The translations under genes were made by a program, and so were the position numbers. From Dictyostelium discoideum (taxonomy: Eukaryota), in the NCBI GenBank assembly GCA_000004695.1, contig CM000150.2, forward strand, positions 3,456,001 through 3,520,000: a DNA stretch of 64,000 bases, written 5' to 3'. The notes under the pieces were generated by a model. That model saw only the letters and a program-made list of their open reading frames with translations. It was not told the origin of the DNA and did no database searches. Shown here piece by piece: positions 1 to 13,028 of the stretch; position 1 is the stretch's first letter, and every line of letters starts with the position of its first letter.

Positions 1-362
1 TTGGTGTTTATGGTATGACTTATTTAGTATTATCAAGTTTAATGTCTGTTGGTTTCCTTTTACATCCATTAGGTGCTCGTTGGATCGCTGAACATTTCGC
101 TGTTACTCAATCAGAACAAGAAACTTATTCAACTTATGGTTTAATTAATACCATTGGTTTCAATATTGGTTATCATAATGAACATCATGATTTCGTTCGT
201 GTTCCATACGTTTATTTACCAACTCTCACTAAAGTTGCTCATGAATTCTATAAAGGTGGTCTTAAATATCATACTTCCTATTGGAGAGTTTTATATGAAT
301 TCTTAAATCAAGATGGTTTCACTTTTAATAGTAGAGTAGTTAGAAATCCAAAAGTTAAATAA
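1..362 (+). CDS. sphingolipid delta4-desaturase / dihydroceramide desaturase (DEGS, Des1-like), C-terminal part; 5' end upstream of window
   Basis: Frame open from window edge (codons from nt 3) to TAA 360-362; third histidine box ...GYHNEHHDF... and C-terminal region typical of the DEGS fatty-acid-desaturase family. Confidence 0.8.
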   Translation, partial: GVYGMTYLVLSSLMSVGFLLHPLGARWIAEHFAVTQSEQETYSTYGLINTIGFNIGYHNEHHDFVRVPYVYLPTLTKVAHEFYKGGLKYHTSYWRVLYEFLNQDGFTFNSRVVRNPKVK

Positions 363-446
363 ATAAATAAAAAAAAAAAACAATTTTAATTTATTAAAAA
401 TAAAATAAAATAATAATTCGAAAATTTGCGTTGTATTGTTGAGGTT

Positions 447-480
<34 letters not shown>

Positions 481-575
481 TCTTTTTGTAAAAGCACAAG
501 CAAACCACACCACGAAAACACTTTCCTTTTTTATTTAATTTTTTAAAATTTTTTTTTTTATTTTATTTTCATATT

Positions 576-662
576 ATGAAAAGTATATACTTTATATTTA
601 TTTTATTAATAGTAATAGTAAATAGTATAGTAAAATCTCAAGAGATATTAAATTATTATATA

Positions 663-747
<85 letters not shown>

Positions 748-3719
748 GTAGTGATGGTGGTAATGGTACAATTACAAATCCATACCAAAGTTTATGTCAA
801 TTAAATAATAACTTAAATAAAAATTATTCGCCTATTATAATTAATATTGCATTTGGTTTTTATAATTCTACAAATTGTACAATAGAAATTAATAATATTA
901 ATGAAATTAAAATAATTCCATATAATGATAATAATAATATTAATAATTATAAAAATGTAATAATAGAAAATATTAAATTAATAATTAATAATTCAAATTT
1001 AAATATAAATGAAATAATAATTACATTTTCATTTAATTATTTTAAACCATTATATATTTGTAATGGTAGTAATGTTAATTTTAATAATGTTGAAATAAGT
1101 TCACCACCATCATCACAATCACTATCACAACCACCATTACCATTATTATTATTATCAACCATAAAATCATCATTTATGTTAATAAATATTATTGATTCAA
1201 ATTTTATACTTTTAAATCAATCAAAATTAATAAATAATGGTGAAGTTGATTTAATAAATTCAAAATTAATTTTAAATGAAAATTCAATATTGGATGGTTT
1301 ATTTATTAATGGTAGAGATAATAGTTTAACAATTATTGAAAATTCTGAAATTATTGATCCAAATTTTTATTTTGAATCAAGTGAATTGTTTATAAATAAT
1401 TCAAAGATTTCAATTAAAAATACAATTTATGAATTCTTTGGATTAAATTATTTTTATTGTTTTAAAATTTCAACATCAATTTTTAAAATGGAAAATACAA
1501 TTATTAAATCATCAATTTATTCTGGTAATGTAATTCTAGTTGGTACTCAAGGTTCTCAATCTACAAATGTAACATTAAACAATATCATTTTAACAGGTTT
1601 AAAAAGTTTTCAATCAATTTTTAAATTTACACTTGGTACTTTTAATATTAATAAAATTACATTTGAAAATTGTATATCATCATGTTTATTTTATATTGAT
1701 TTAATAATTGGTGAAACTTTATTATCAATTAATAATATAAATTTAATTGGTAATAAAAATATAAAATTCATTGAAATTTTAAATCAATCACCATTCTCAC
1801 CACCATTATTAAATATTACAATTTCAAATTTAATTACAACTTGTGATAATACGTACCAAAATTTTATTACAACAATTGAAAATAATAATAGTAATAATAA
1901 TAATAGTAGTAATAATAATAATATTAATTTAAATATTATAAATTCAAAATTAAATTGTATTGGTGAAAGTTGGTTTAGGAATTGTTTAATTTCATTTGAA
2001 AATTTAATTATTGAAACTAGTTTTAAAAATAATTTATTTAATTTTAATAATAATTGTAATGTAATAATTAAATCAAGTATATTTAAAACAAGTAATTATC
2101 CAAATGGTGATGGATTTTTATTTTCAATTGATAATTCAATAGTTGATATTGGTAATTGTACAATTAATAATTGTGAATCACCATTTTTACAATCAAAATT
2201 ATCAAATCTAACAATTAATTCCTGCAATTTTACAAAATCAATTTCTATTGAAAATTCATTACTTTATTCAATTTCATCTATGATGTTAATTAAAAATTGT
2301 AATTTCAATCAATTGAATTATCCAATTTTAATTCATTCAAAAAATTCAAATATTTCTATAATTAATTCAAATATATTAAAATCATCATTTGGTAGATTAC
2401 ATTTAGCATTAATAGAATATTCAAATATAATTTTTAGTGAATTTAATATGACAGAATGTTTCTCTTCAAATAGTTTACTTTATTTTAGTTTAGATAATAC
2501 TACAAGTACTAAAAATTTAAATTATAATTTTTTAATTGAAAATTCAACATTTTTAAAAAATTATGATATGCAAAGTTTAGATGTTAGTTTAATTTATAGT
2601 AAATATATGAATGGAAATATTATTAATAGTAAATTCATTGGGAATTCATTTAGTCCATTAATTAAATCAACTCAATCAACATTATTAATTAAAAATGTAA
2701 CTTATTCAAATAATAGTGGTTCTTTTCATTATGGAAGTAATGATTATTATATTGAGGTTAATGGTTTCACATTAAATAATAGTAGAATTCAATTAGATTA
2801 TCTTTTTGCATTTGAAAATTATTTTAATGTTTTTTTTAAAGATATATTCATCATTAATAATTATCTTAGTCAATATTTATTCATTTTTAATGGTTATATG
2901 TATAATAGTATAACTTTTAATAACTTATTATATATTGATAATTTAATTGTAAATATAAATGGTACTTCAAGAATTCCATTTAATAGTATAATCAATTCGT
3001 CATCTTTATCAACCACATCACAATTTATATTTATAAATAGTGGCTCAATATCATTTAATTCATCAAATATTATAAATAATTTATTACTTTCTTCAATGAT
3101 AAGTATTGAAAATTCAATATTATCATTTTCAGAATGTAATTTATCATTAAATAAATTTCAAGATGTAAATTCTTCAAAATTATTAGACTCTTTTAAATCA
3201 TTAATTATTTTTGAAAATAGTACAATAAATTCAAATATTGGTTCATCAGGTAATGACGAAGGAGTTTTAGTTGGTAAATTACCAGGTTTAATAAATTTAT
3301 TAAATTCAGGAATAAAGATATCATTTTGTAAATTTAAATATAATATATTCCCATTAGATAGAGGTTCTATTATTAGTTATTTTTCAAATAGTTATTTTGA
3401 TAATTATCAATTCAATGTATTTTCATCAGAATTCTCTTCAAATGTTGCAGATATAGGTGGTGTTTTTTATTTTTCAAGTAATTTATTTGATAGTGTTACA
3501 CCATATAATCGTTATAATATTGAATATAATAATTTTTCAAATAATTTTGCAAAAACTGCTGGTGGTGTAATTTGGAGTGATGATTTATTATTTACAACGC
3601 AATTAAATCCTTTTATTTTATCTGTAAACAAATTTTATAATAATTCTTGTATTTTTGGTGAAAATAATTTATCAATTAGTATGTAATTAAAGTATTTTTA
3701 ATTAAAATAATTAAAAACA

Positions 3720-3756
<37 letters not shown>

Positions 3757-4406
3757 AAAATATATTAGTGCCAAAAGATATTTATTTATTTAATAATGAA
3801 CAATATAGTGATGAAATTATAGAATATATATTTTTAGTTAAAAATTATTTTGGTGAAATAGCAACTCAAGTATTTGGTAAATTTAATACATCAATTAAAA
3901 TTAAAACTAATGAAACAATTTTAATTAATGAAACATTTATAACATCAACAATTTATTCTGGTAAAGGTACATTTCAATATAGACTTTATGGTAAAGATTT
4001 AGTTTATACAGTAACAATATTAGATTTAAAACCACAATTATCAATGGATATAAAAATAAAAAATTGTTCACCATTTAAATATTTTGATGGTAATTCAATG
4101 AATTGTATTTATTGTCCAATTGGATACTCATTAAGTGATGAAAAATCAAATTCATGTGTAAAATGTAATAGTGAAATTGTAACTTGTCAATATGGTCAAG
4201 TGTTTTCAAATGAAAATTATTATATGGTTGATAATAGTCCTTTAAAAGTTTATTCATGTGCTAATGATATGTGTAATGGGAATAACACATGTATTGGTGA
4301 TAATAATATTGGTGATTTATGTTACTATTGTACAAATTATCATGAAAGTACTTCAATACAAGCTTCAAAGAATGGTATTCAATGTTGTTCAAATTTCAAT
4401 TTTTAA
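576..4406 (+). CDS. large secreted/membrane Asn-rich glycoprotein precursor (signal peptide, poly-N tract, beta-helix-like Asn/Ile-rich repeats, C-terminal Cys-rich EGF/TNFR-like module); exons 576..3678 and 3769..4406
   Basis: ATG 576 followed by hydrophobic signal peptide MKSIYFIFILLIVIVNSIVKSQ; (AAT)27 encodes poly-N 664-746; many N-x-S/T sequons; GTATGT donor at 3679 and (T)28..TTAG acceptor ending 3768 give a phase-1 intron (90 bp) that joins ORF 576..3686 to ORF 3768..4406 (which itself lacks an ATG) as ...NNLSI-M-PKDIY...; exon 2 has >20 Cys in C-x2-C / C-x-C spacing. Confidence 0.55.
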
Positions 4407-4572
4407 CTTGAATGAAAATTTTTCTTTTCATATAGAATTAGTATTTTACCATTATTTAGAATTTCTATTGATTTCTTTGATGGTTATTGTTATTTTAGTG
4501 GTTTAAATTATTTACATAAAGTTTTAATATCAAATTTAATTATTCTCTTTTTATTTATTATTAGTTATTCAG

Positions 4573-5399
4573 ATTTAACAATATGGTTGTTAAATAAATT
4601 TTTAAAAAAAAGAATTATAAATTTACCAAAATCAATTAGAATTATTTTAAAAAGAAATAATAATATTAATAATAATGATATAGTTTATAAAATTAAATGT
4701 TTATGGTCACTATTTCAATTATTATTTATACCAATAATGTTTAATTCAATATCATTATTAGTTAATAAAGTTGTAAATAATGAAAATTTATTAATAATAG
4801 ATTTTACAATTAAATACTTTGGTGGTAATGAATTTCAAATATTATTATCAACATTTTCAATTATAATTATTATTTTAATTTCATTTATTTTAATATCATT
4901 TACAATTATTAATTTAAATTTAATTAATAATAGATTGTTATTATCAAATCATTATTATTTAAATTTAAAAAGAATGATTTCAAAATTAAATTATAGAAAT
5001 GGATTTAAATGGTGGGATATAGTCATTTTAATAAGATCAATCATTTTCATAACACTTTCATTATCAATGATATTCAATCCAATTGATTTCATGCCAATTA
5101 TAATTGCAATTCAATTAATTTATACAATAATTTTCATTTTTATTAATCCTAAAAAAAATGAATTATCAACTTCATCTTTTAAAAAATTAAATATAATAAC
5201 CTCAACAATCACAATATCAGATCCACATAATATTTTAAATATAATTCAATCATTTATATTCATTAGTGTTGGTTCATCATTATTTTTAAAACTTTTACCA
5301 AATATTAGAGGTTTAATTATAACTTGTACATCACTTTTTTTATTTATTTTTTTTATTTTTATATTTAAAAATAATAATAATAATTATAATAAAAAATAA
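4573..5399 (+). CDS. polytopic (about 6-7 TM) membrane region, probably the 3' exon of the 576..4406 gene; junction unresolved
   Basis: Frame 0 (same as exon 2) is open 4416..5399 and encodes 6-7 hydrophobic helices; separated from exon 2 only by stops at 4404 and 4413; a 3n-length intron from a weak phase-1 donor (GTATTC 4375, or GTTGTT 4384 / GTTCAA 4387) to acceptor ttattcAG 4571-72 would join them; no ATG with upstream context for an independent gene except Met at about 4972. Confidence 0.35.
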
Positions 5400-5466
5400 T
5401 AAGATGGTGGGAATAATTTATATATACAATATTAGTTGTTTTTATTATTTTTTTATTTTTTTTTTT

Positions 5467-6113
5467 TTAATTTGCAGTTGCTTTAATTATTCTAATTTCA
5501 TCAATTGGTTTATCGTTATTTGTTTGCATTGCATTCATTTTTTGTACAACTTTCATTCCAGATTTAACTCTTCCAAAGATTGTATGCTTTCCATCTAACC
5601 AAGGTGTAGGCCCAAATGTAATGCTTTTTCCACACAAAATTAAAGATTAAAAAAAAAAAAAAAATTAAAAAAAAAAAATAAAAATTAGAAAAGATGAATT
5701 GGGTAGGTGTTATATATATATGTTTGTAGATAAGAAAATAATTACAAAAATTGTGATCCATTAGAATTAACACCACTGTTTGCCATTGATAATATTCCTG
5801 CACCTGTATGTTTTAATTCTTTTGTAATTTCATCTTCAAATTTTTTTCTAAGGATTTTATTATTAAAATTATTATTTTCATTTTTATTATTTTCCAAATT
5901 TTAATTCAAGTTAGTTTAATATTATTTTCTAAATTTCTAATTTTATGTAATATTTTTAAATGAAAAATTACCCATATATACTTTCACCTCCACGACCATT
6001 TCCTAATGGATCTCCTCCTTGTATCATAAAATCCTTTATGTTTTATTTAATTTTTTTTTTTTTTTATTAAAAATTTTAAAAAAAATAGTGTTAATGATTA
6101 ATGGATCTTATGA

Positions 6114-6190
<77 letters not shown>

Positions 6191-6395
6191 TAAAATATAG
6201 TAATAATAAGATAAACGAGACCAAGCCAATTGTTTTGTGACATACTTTAATAAGTCTGTGAAAAATTGTATTATCATAATATCCTCTTTTTGACAATTCA
6301 TAAAAGTTTTTACATGCTTTTGGTGCATGGTTATAATATAATTCCAATGTAATATCACCAACTGTTGTTTGAAGTGTTACTGTTTGTTCTGTCAT
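5467..6395 (-). CDS. peptidyl-prolyl cis-trans isomerase, PPIL1-type cyclophilin; 4 exons complement(6246..6395, 5972..6033, 5746..5847, 5467..5623), 156 aa
   Basis: Exon 1 MTEQTVTLQTTVGDITLELYYNHAPKACKNFYELSKRGYYDNTIFHRLIK then GTATGT donor; exon 2 DFMIQGGDPLGNGRGGESIYG (donor GTAATT, phase 2); exon 3 [34 protein letters not shown] (phase 2); exon 4 ITFGPTPWLDGKHTIFGRVKSGMKVVQKMNAMQTNNDKPIDEIRIIKATAN*; collinear with human PPIL1; all splice phases consistent. Confidence 0.85.
6114..6186. repeat. (AAT)n microsatellite (about 24 units) inside PPIL1 intron 1
   Basis: Perfect ATA/AAT triplet run; source of poly-I/poly-L ORF artefacts 6019..6395 in the ORF track. Confidence 0.95.
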
Positions 6396-6535
6396 TTTTT
6401 AAATTTCAAAAATAAACAAAAAAAAAAAATAAAAAAAAAAAAAAATGAAAATGAAAATCAAAAAAAGTGTGTGATTTTTTTTTTTTTTTTTTATTCATTG
6501 TATTATTTTTATTTTTAATTTTATTTTTATTTTTT

Positions 6536-6791
6536 GGAATGTGGAATAAACCTCACACAGATTTTTAATAATCCTTTTTATAAATATTTTTATTATTTTA
6601 AATCAAGTTATCAAAATTTTAATTTTTTATTTGTGTTTTTAATTTTTTTTTTTTTTGTTTTATTTTTTTTTTTTTTTTATTTGTTTATTTTTTAAAAATG
6701 TGAAATGAATCCCACAAAGATTTTTAATAATCATTTTTACTAATATTTTTTATTATTTCCAAACAAGTTATCAAACTTTTTTTAATTTTTT
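6536..6791. repeat. two about 93-bp direct repeats (6536-6628 and 6695-6791, about 85% identity) in the PPIL1 / LRR-IPT intergenic region
   Basis: …aatgtggaataaacctcacacagatttttaataatcctttttataaatatttttattattttaaatcaagttatcaaaattttaatttttt versus …aatgtgaaatgaatcccacaaagatttttaataatcatttttactaatattttttattatttccaaacaagttatcaaactttttttaatttttt. Confidence 0.85.
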
Positions 6792-6819
6792 TTTAATCTC
6801 CCAAAAATTAAAAAAAAAA

Positions 6820-6851
<32 letters not shown>

Positions 6852-7058
6852 GTTGACCAGTGGAATTAAACAAAAAAAAAAAAAAAAATAAACAAAAAAA
6901 TTTCAAAATTTTTAACCTGTTTAAATAATGACAAAATCAATCAAAATATTACCAGGAACAGTAATTTTGAAAAAAAAAAAAGAAAAAAAGAAAGATTTGA
7001 AAAAAAAAAAAGTTCGCACATAATTTTTTTCATACTTGTAAAATATATAATAAATTAA

Positions 7059-7090
<32 letters not shown>

Positions 7091-7313
7091 TTAAAAAATA
7101 ATAATTAATAAAAAAAAAAAAAATAATAATAATAATAATAAATAATAAATAATAAATAATAAATAATAAATAATAAATAACAATAATAAAAATAAAAATA
7201 AAAATAATTAATAATAAATAATAATAATAAATAAAAATAATAAATAATAATATTAATAATAAAATAAAAATAAATAAATAAATAAAAATATTTATTATAA
7301 ATAAATTTGGAAA

Positions 7314-7758
7314 ATGAAAAAAAGAAATAGTTTTCTTTTTATTATATTTCTATGTCTAATTTGTATGATTAATATTGCTTCATCACAAAATTTTATACCA
7401 TTACATGGGGATCAAGATAAAATAGCAGATAAAATTTGTCAACAAATTTCTCAAGGTGCTGTTCAATGCCTAGACCCATGCAAAGAAAGTTATGAGATTT
7501 TCACTTGCAAACTTAGACCAAATACCGATAAATATGATATAGATACAATTAACTTAAAAATAGTTCCTTCATCAGGTATTGAAACCTCTGAAGTTATAGA
7601 AAGTTTTGTTCAATTTAGTCATCTAACCAAATTAACAATTACCGAAGAAATTACAGTTAGAGATCTTTGGGGAAAACTTTTATATGAATATCCAAGTCCT
7701 TTAGAAATGTATGTAAAAATAATAACCTTTTAAAAAATTTAAATTTCTTGTATAATTT

Positions 7759-7804
<46 letters not shown>

Positions 7805-9781
7805 ATATAGTTATATTGTTAGACAAATGGAAAAAATGCCAGATAATTTAACAATGCCAAAAAGATTATGGAAACTTACATTTGGAAAGATTGGTGTACA
7901 AATGCCTTCAAATATGTTTAATGTTACAAGTGATTTAGAATTTTTACAAATTGATACCATTTTGAACACTGGTGTTAATGTATTTCCAGCAAAACATCCA
8001 GAACCAAAGAGTTTGAAAACTTTTATTGGACCAATTACATATTATTCAAATTTCTTCCCATATCCAAGTTATGCATTGCAATTTTGCGAAACCATTCGTC
8101 TTAGAGTCTGGAATGATTACTCTGGTACAAATTATAAAGATTTTAGATTACCAGTTCTATCAAATTTATTATATCTCAAAGATTTAACATATGAATTTAT
8201 TAATAATGATTTTACCGCTCAAATTTTTACATTTGATTATGCAATCTCATCAAATAAAGCTTTGAAATCTTTAACTATTACTGGTAAAGGTATGAGAATG
8301 ACAAGAGATCTTGATCTTTCAAATTTAGCAAAAGGTGCTCATATTTCAATTGATAGAAGTTGTGATGAATTTTTAGCATGTGGTAGTGAACCATGTTTAA
8401 AATTACCAGTAGATGGTTCTTTGTAAGTTTTTTTATATATATATAATATAAATTTTCATTACTTTTATAATATTACTATGTATTAATTAATATATTTTTT
8501 TTTTTTATAAAAATTTATAGATATATTAATAAATGTAATTTCACACTTTCAAAAATTGATTTTTTAAATGCTGTATCAGTTACAATTTTAAATAATAATC
8601 TTGCACAAAATTTACCAAATTTAAGAATTAATTATCCAAAATTAACAAGATTTGATCTTGGTGATAGTAATTTCGCAGGTACAGTTCCAAATGAATATTG
8701 TTTAATTAAAGAAAGTGTATTAAGTGTTGGAAACAATAGATTATCAGGTGTTGTACCTTCATGTTTCGGTTGTGTTGGTGGTGCATTTGTTGCTAGTCAA
8801 GGATTATTCCCAAATAGTTTTACAGATTTTTCAGAGAGTGCTGCACCAACTGCTTGTGAAACTTTCCAAGTATTCGATAATTATTCAAAGGTTGCAAAAA
8901 CTGATGGTAGTTCAGTTATTACTGTTTATGGTCAAGATTTCGGTTGGACATCTACAACCAAACAAGGTGACGCAAGCATTAACATAATTGTACCAAATAG
9001 ACAATTAGAACTTGTTATTCCAAAAGGTGTTGGTACAGATTTGAAATATGTAGCAACTTTCCCTGTTGGTCCAAATGGAATCGATAAAGAGTTTACATTT
9101 AGTTATCAACAACCAGTTATTCGTTATTATTCATTCCTTAAAACTGACACTGCTAATTTCTTTGTTATTAATGGTGATGGTTTCGATTATCAAGGTATTA
9201 ATTCAGTTGAAATTGAAAAAAGTGAATTTCCAAAAAAAACATACGATGGACCAAGTGCTGACGTCGGTGCAACATATGGTGAAATTAAATTACCATTGGA
9301 TGATGTTATTATTGATAATGAACTCGCATCTGGTGCTGTTTTCAAAATTACAGTAACTGTTGGTGGTCAAACCTCAACACAACAATTCACTTATTATGAT
9401 TCAATTACAATCTCTGATGTTGATACTATTAAATTACATACAATTGGTGGTGTTCAAGAATTCAAGGGTCAATTCCCCCCAGTTGATGCAAGTGCCGTCC
9501 AAGTTACTGTTAATAATGTTCCATGTGATATTCGTAAATATTCTGAAACTTCCATTGAAATTGCTTATCCAGCTGTACCAGGTGCAAGTCATTATCCAAT
9601 TAAAATAGTTGTTGGTGGTCTCACTGCTGGAGAATTGGTTGAATTCATTGAGTTACCAACACATAGACCAACATTCGATCCAAATGATGGTTGGATGCCA
9701 ACTGGTTCATCATCAACTTTATTACCAAGTTTCTTTTTAATTTTTATTATTTCTTCTTTATTAATTATTAAATTATTTTAA
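7314..9781 (+). CDS. secreted, probably GPI-anchored leucine-rich-repeat + IPT/TIG-domain protein; 3 exons 7314..7708, 7811(or 7823)..8422, 8521..9781, about 750 aa
   Basis: Signal peptide MKKRNSFLFIIFLCLICMINIASS; GTATGT donor 7709, acceptor tatatAG 7810 (alternative AG 7822), GTAAGT donor 8423, acceptor tttatAG 8520; exon 3 frame open 8521..9781 with plant-type LRR motifs (LSGVVPSCFG, NFAGTVPNEYC) and Ig-like IPT repeats, ending in hydrophobic GPI-signal-like tail SSSTLLPSFFLIFIISSLLIIKLF*. Confidence 0.7.
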
Positions 9782-10539
9782 ATAAAAACCATAAAAAAAA
9801 ATATATATATATATATATTTAAAACAAAAAAAATAAAAAAAACAAAAAATATAATTATATTTTTAATTATTTTATTGCCAATAATTTAATTTAATCAACT
9901 CATTTTTACTTTTAATATTGATTCAATATCCACCAATATAAATATATTTAAAACAAAAAAAAAAAAAATAAAAAAAAAATAAAAAAAATAAAAAAAAAAA
10001 TAATAATAATCAAAATAAATCAGATTCTTTGAGATACTCATTCTCATTAGTTAAATGGATTATTATAATTTTTTTTTTTTATTGTTATCTAACTTAAGTT
10101 AATTATTTTCAACATTTTTTTTTTTTTTTCTTTTTTTTTTTTAAAAAAATTCTATAATCAAAATTTTATATTTTTTTTATTTTTTATTATTTTTTTTACT
10201 AATTTGAGTATTTTTATTTAGGTTTTGTATTTGATGTGGTTTTGTTTTACAAATAAAAAAATTCAAATTATTTTGGGATAATTAATAATTAATTCCCGCA
10301 TTATGACGCAATATAGGGTGTGATTGATGAATAAAAAATATCAGCTAAATTTTTTTTTTTTTTTTATTTTTTATTTTTTTTTTATTTTTTAATTTTTTTT
10401 TTTTATAAAAACTCAAATAAAATAAAAAAAAAAAAAAAAAAAAAAAGTTCATTTTTTTGAAAAGACACAACCACCAAATATAATTATAATCATTTTCTTT
10501 TTTTTTTAATTTTTTTTTTTAAAATATATTAAATTCCTT

Positions 10540-10583
<44 letters not shown>

Positions 10584-10586
<3 letters not shown>

Positions 10587-12271
10587 AGGACAGATAACAT
10601 TAGAAATAGAAAAGAACAATTAAAAAAACAAGAGAAAAAAGATTTTGATTCGTCAAAAGATGAAGAAACCAGTACATCTGATGAAGAAGAAAGTAGTGGA
10701 GGGAATAGAAGTAAAATAGCAGGAAAAGAGAATCATCAAAATAAAAATATAATAAATCAAAAAACAAATAATAATAATAATAATAACAATATAAAAGAGA
10801 AAGATATAATTGATAGTTCAGTAAACAATGCTGACAATTTAAAAGCAACAGATCCGCCATCTGCAAAATATAAAAAATTAGCAATTCGTTCAGTTATGGG
10901 TGCATTTATGATTGGTTTCTTTACAATCGTATTATCAACTGATCATTTCATCGTTGCATTATTTGTAATCGCCCTTCAATTATTAGTATTCAAAGAGATG
11001 ATTGCATTAAGATACATTGAAGCAAAAGAGAAAAAGATTCCACACTTTAGAACTCTCAATTGGTTCTTTTTATTCACTTCTTTCTTCTTCTTTTATGCTA
11101 AACCAATCTTAATCACTTTAGCAAACTATTATCCTGACATCTTTCAACATTTTGTAAGATATCATCTATGGCATTCTTTCTCATTATATTGTATTGGTAT
11201 GTATTTTAATTATTATTATTATTTTTATAATTAAAATGTATATTAACCATTTATAAATAATTATATAAAGGATTCGTATTATTTATTTTAACATTAAGAA
11301 AGGGTGTTTACAGATATCAATTTTCACAATTAACTTGGACTCTTATGATTTTAATGATGGTAGTTGTTCAATCAAATTTCTTAATTTCAAATATTTATCA
11401 AGGTCTCATTTGGTTCATCTTACCAGTATCTATTATCGTTTGTAATGATATCTTTGCTTATTTCAATGGTTTCTTTTTAGGTAAAAAGTAAGTTCACATA
11501 CTATATTCAATATTAATATTTCAATTAAAACTAATTTTTTTAATTTTTTTTATTTATAAATTTAGATTCATTAATAGACCATTAATGAAGATTTCACCAA
11601 ATAAAACATGGGAAGGTTTCATTGGTGCAACTGGTTGGACATTATTATTTGCTTATTATTTCTGTGGTTTCTTACTTAAATATGATTGGATTGTATGTCC
11701 AAAAGGTAATACTGGTTTTATGGAATCATTACATTGTACTAGAGATCCAGTATTCTTGGAAAAAGAATTTATTTTCCCACCAGAAATAACTACAATTGCT
11801 TTTAAATATGTAAGTTTATAAAAATATTTTTATTAATTTAATTAAATTATTTTATTTTATTAATTTAAAATTTTATTTATTTTATTTTTAAATTTTATTA
11901 TATAGTTGGGTATTACATTATTACCATTTACATATATTCCAATTCAATTCCATGCATTAGTTTTAGCATTATTTGGATCATTGATTGCACCATTTGGAGG
12001 TTTCTTTGCATCAGGTATTAAGAGAGCATACAAGGTTAAAGATTTCGATACTATCTTCCCAGGTCATGGTGGTGTTACCGATAGAACTGATTGTCAATTC
12101 ATTATGGGTCTTTTCATTCACGTCTATTACAATACCTTTATCAAAACTCTTGAAATCGATCCAACCTTTATTTGGCAAAATATTATGATGTTGTCAATGG
12201 AGGAGAAAATGGTAATCTATGAGAAATTGAAACAATCCATAGAGTTTACCACTGGTACTATTACTGCATAG
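10584..12271 (+). CDS. cdsA: phosphatidate cytidylyltransferase (CDP-diacylglycerol synthase); 4 exons 10584..11196, 11271..11487, 11566..11809, 11906..12271, about 479 aa
   Basis: Collinear with human CDS1: ...FRTLNWFFL..., exon 2 [72 protein letters not shown], exon 3 [21 protein letters not shown]..., exon 4 ...[42 protein letters not shown] (CTP-transferase signature); donors GTATGT / GTAAGT / GTAAGT, phases 1 / 2 / 0 all consistent. Confidence 0.85.
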
Positions 12272-12361
12272 TCCATGTATCTTTATCATCCAACATTTAA
12301 ATTAATAATAATAATAACTTTTAGTTTTAATTATAAAATATTATTCAAATTTAGTCAATAA

Positions 12362-12396
<35 letters not shown>

Positions 12397-12499
12397 AAAA
12401 ATAATAATAATAATAATAATAATAGTTCGATAAGATTTAATAAAATTTAATAATTTTAGAAAAACAAAAAAAAAAACATTTATTATTTTAAAATTATAT

Positions 12500-12838
12500 T
12501 TATTCATCATTATCATCATCTTTATATACACTATATTTATTATATGATGAGTCTGTTAAAATAAATTGATCATTTTTTGATTGTTGTTTACTAATACCAT
12601 AAAAGTCATCAGCCGAATCATCAGAGTCATCGTCATCGTCGTCTGTTTGAAATTGCCCCCAACCATTATTATTATTATTTATGATTGGTTTATTATAAAA
12701 TTGATTTGTATTATTCAATTGATTTGTATTATTGATACTATTTAGTTTATTTTCATTTTCATTATTAGTTTGTGATTTTCTTATAAGATCCAAATATTTT
12801 TCATTGTTTTTTGAGTTGATTTCATTATTGATGTTATT

Positions 12839-12874
<36 letters not shown>

Positions 12875-12995
12875 TACAGGTTGTTTAGTATTATTATTGG
12901 TTGTTGATGCTTTTGAAATATTTTGATATGAAGGCTTGGTTGGTAGTGATGGTCTTATCGTTGTTGTTGTTGTTGTTGTTGAAATGGTTTGATAT

Positions 12996-13028
<33 letters not shown>

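Noticed and set aside
4258-4506. ORF 4258..4506 (hydrophobic, alternative frame) as the link between the Cys-rich exon and the TM region
   Set aside because: Out of frame with both neighbours; the TM region's own frame (frame 0) is open from 4416 and matches exon 2, so a 3n-length intron is the simpler model
8724-9608. ORFs 8724..8987, 9066..9356, 9360..9608 in alternative frames
   Set aside because: Overlap exon 3 of the LRR + IPT gene, whose frame is open 8521..9781 with recognisable LRR/IPT motifs; the alternative-frame products are low-complexity
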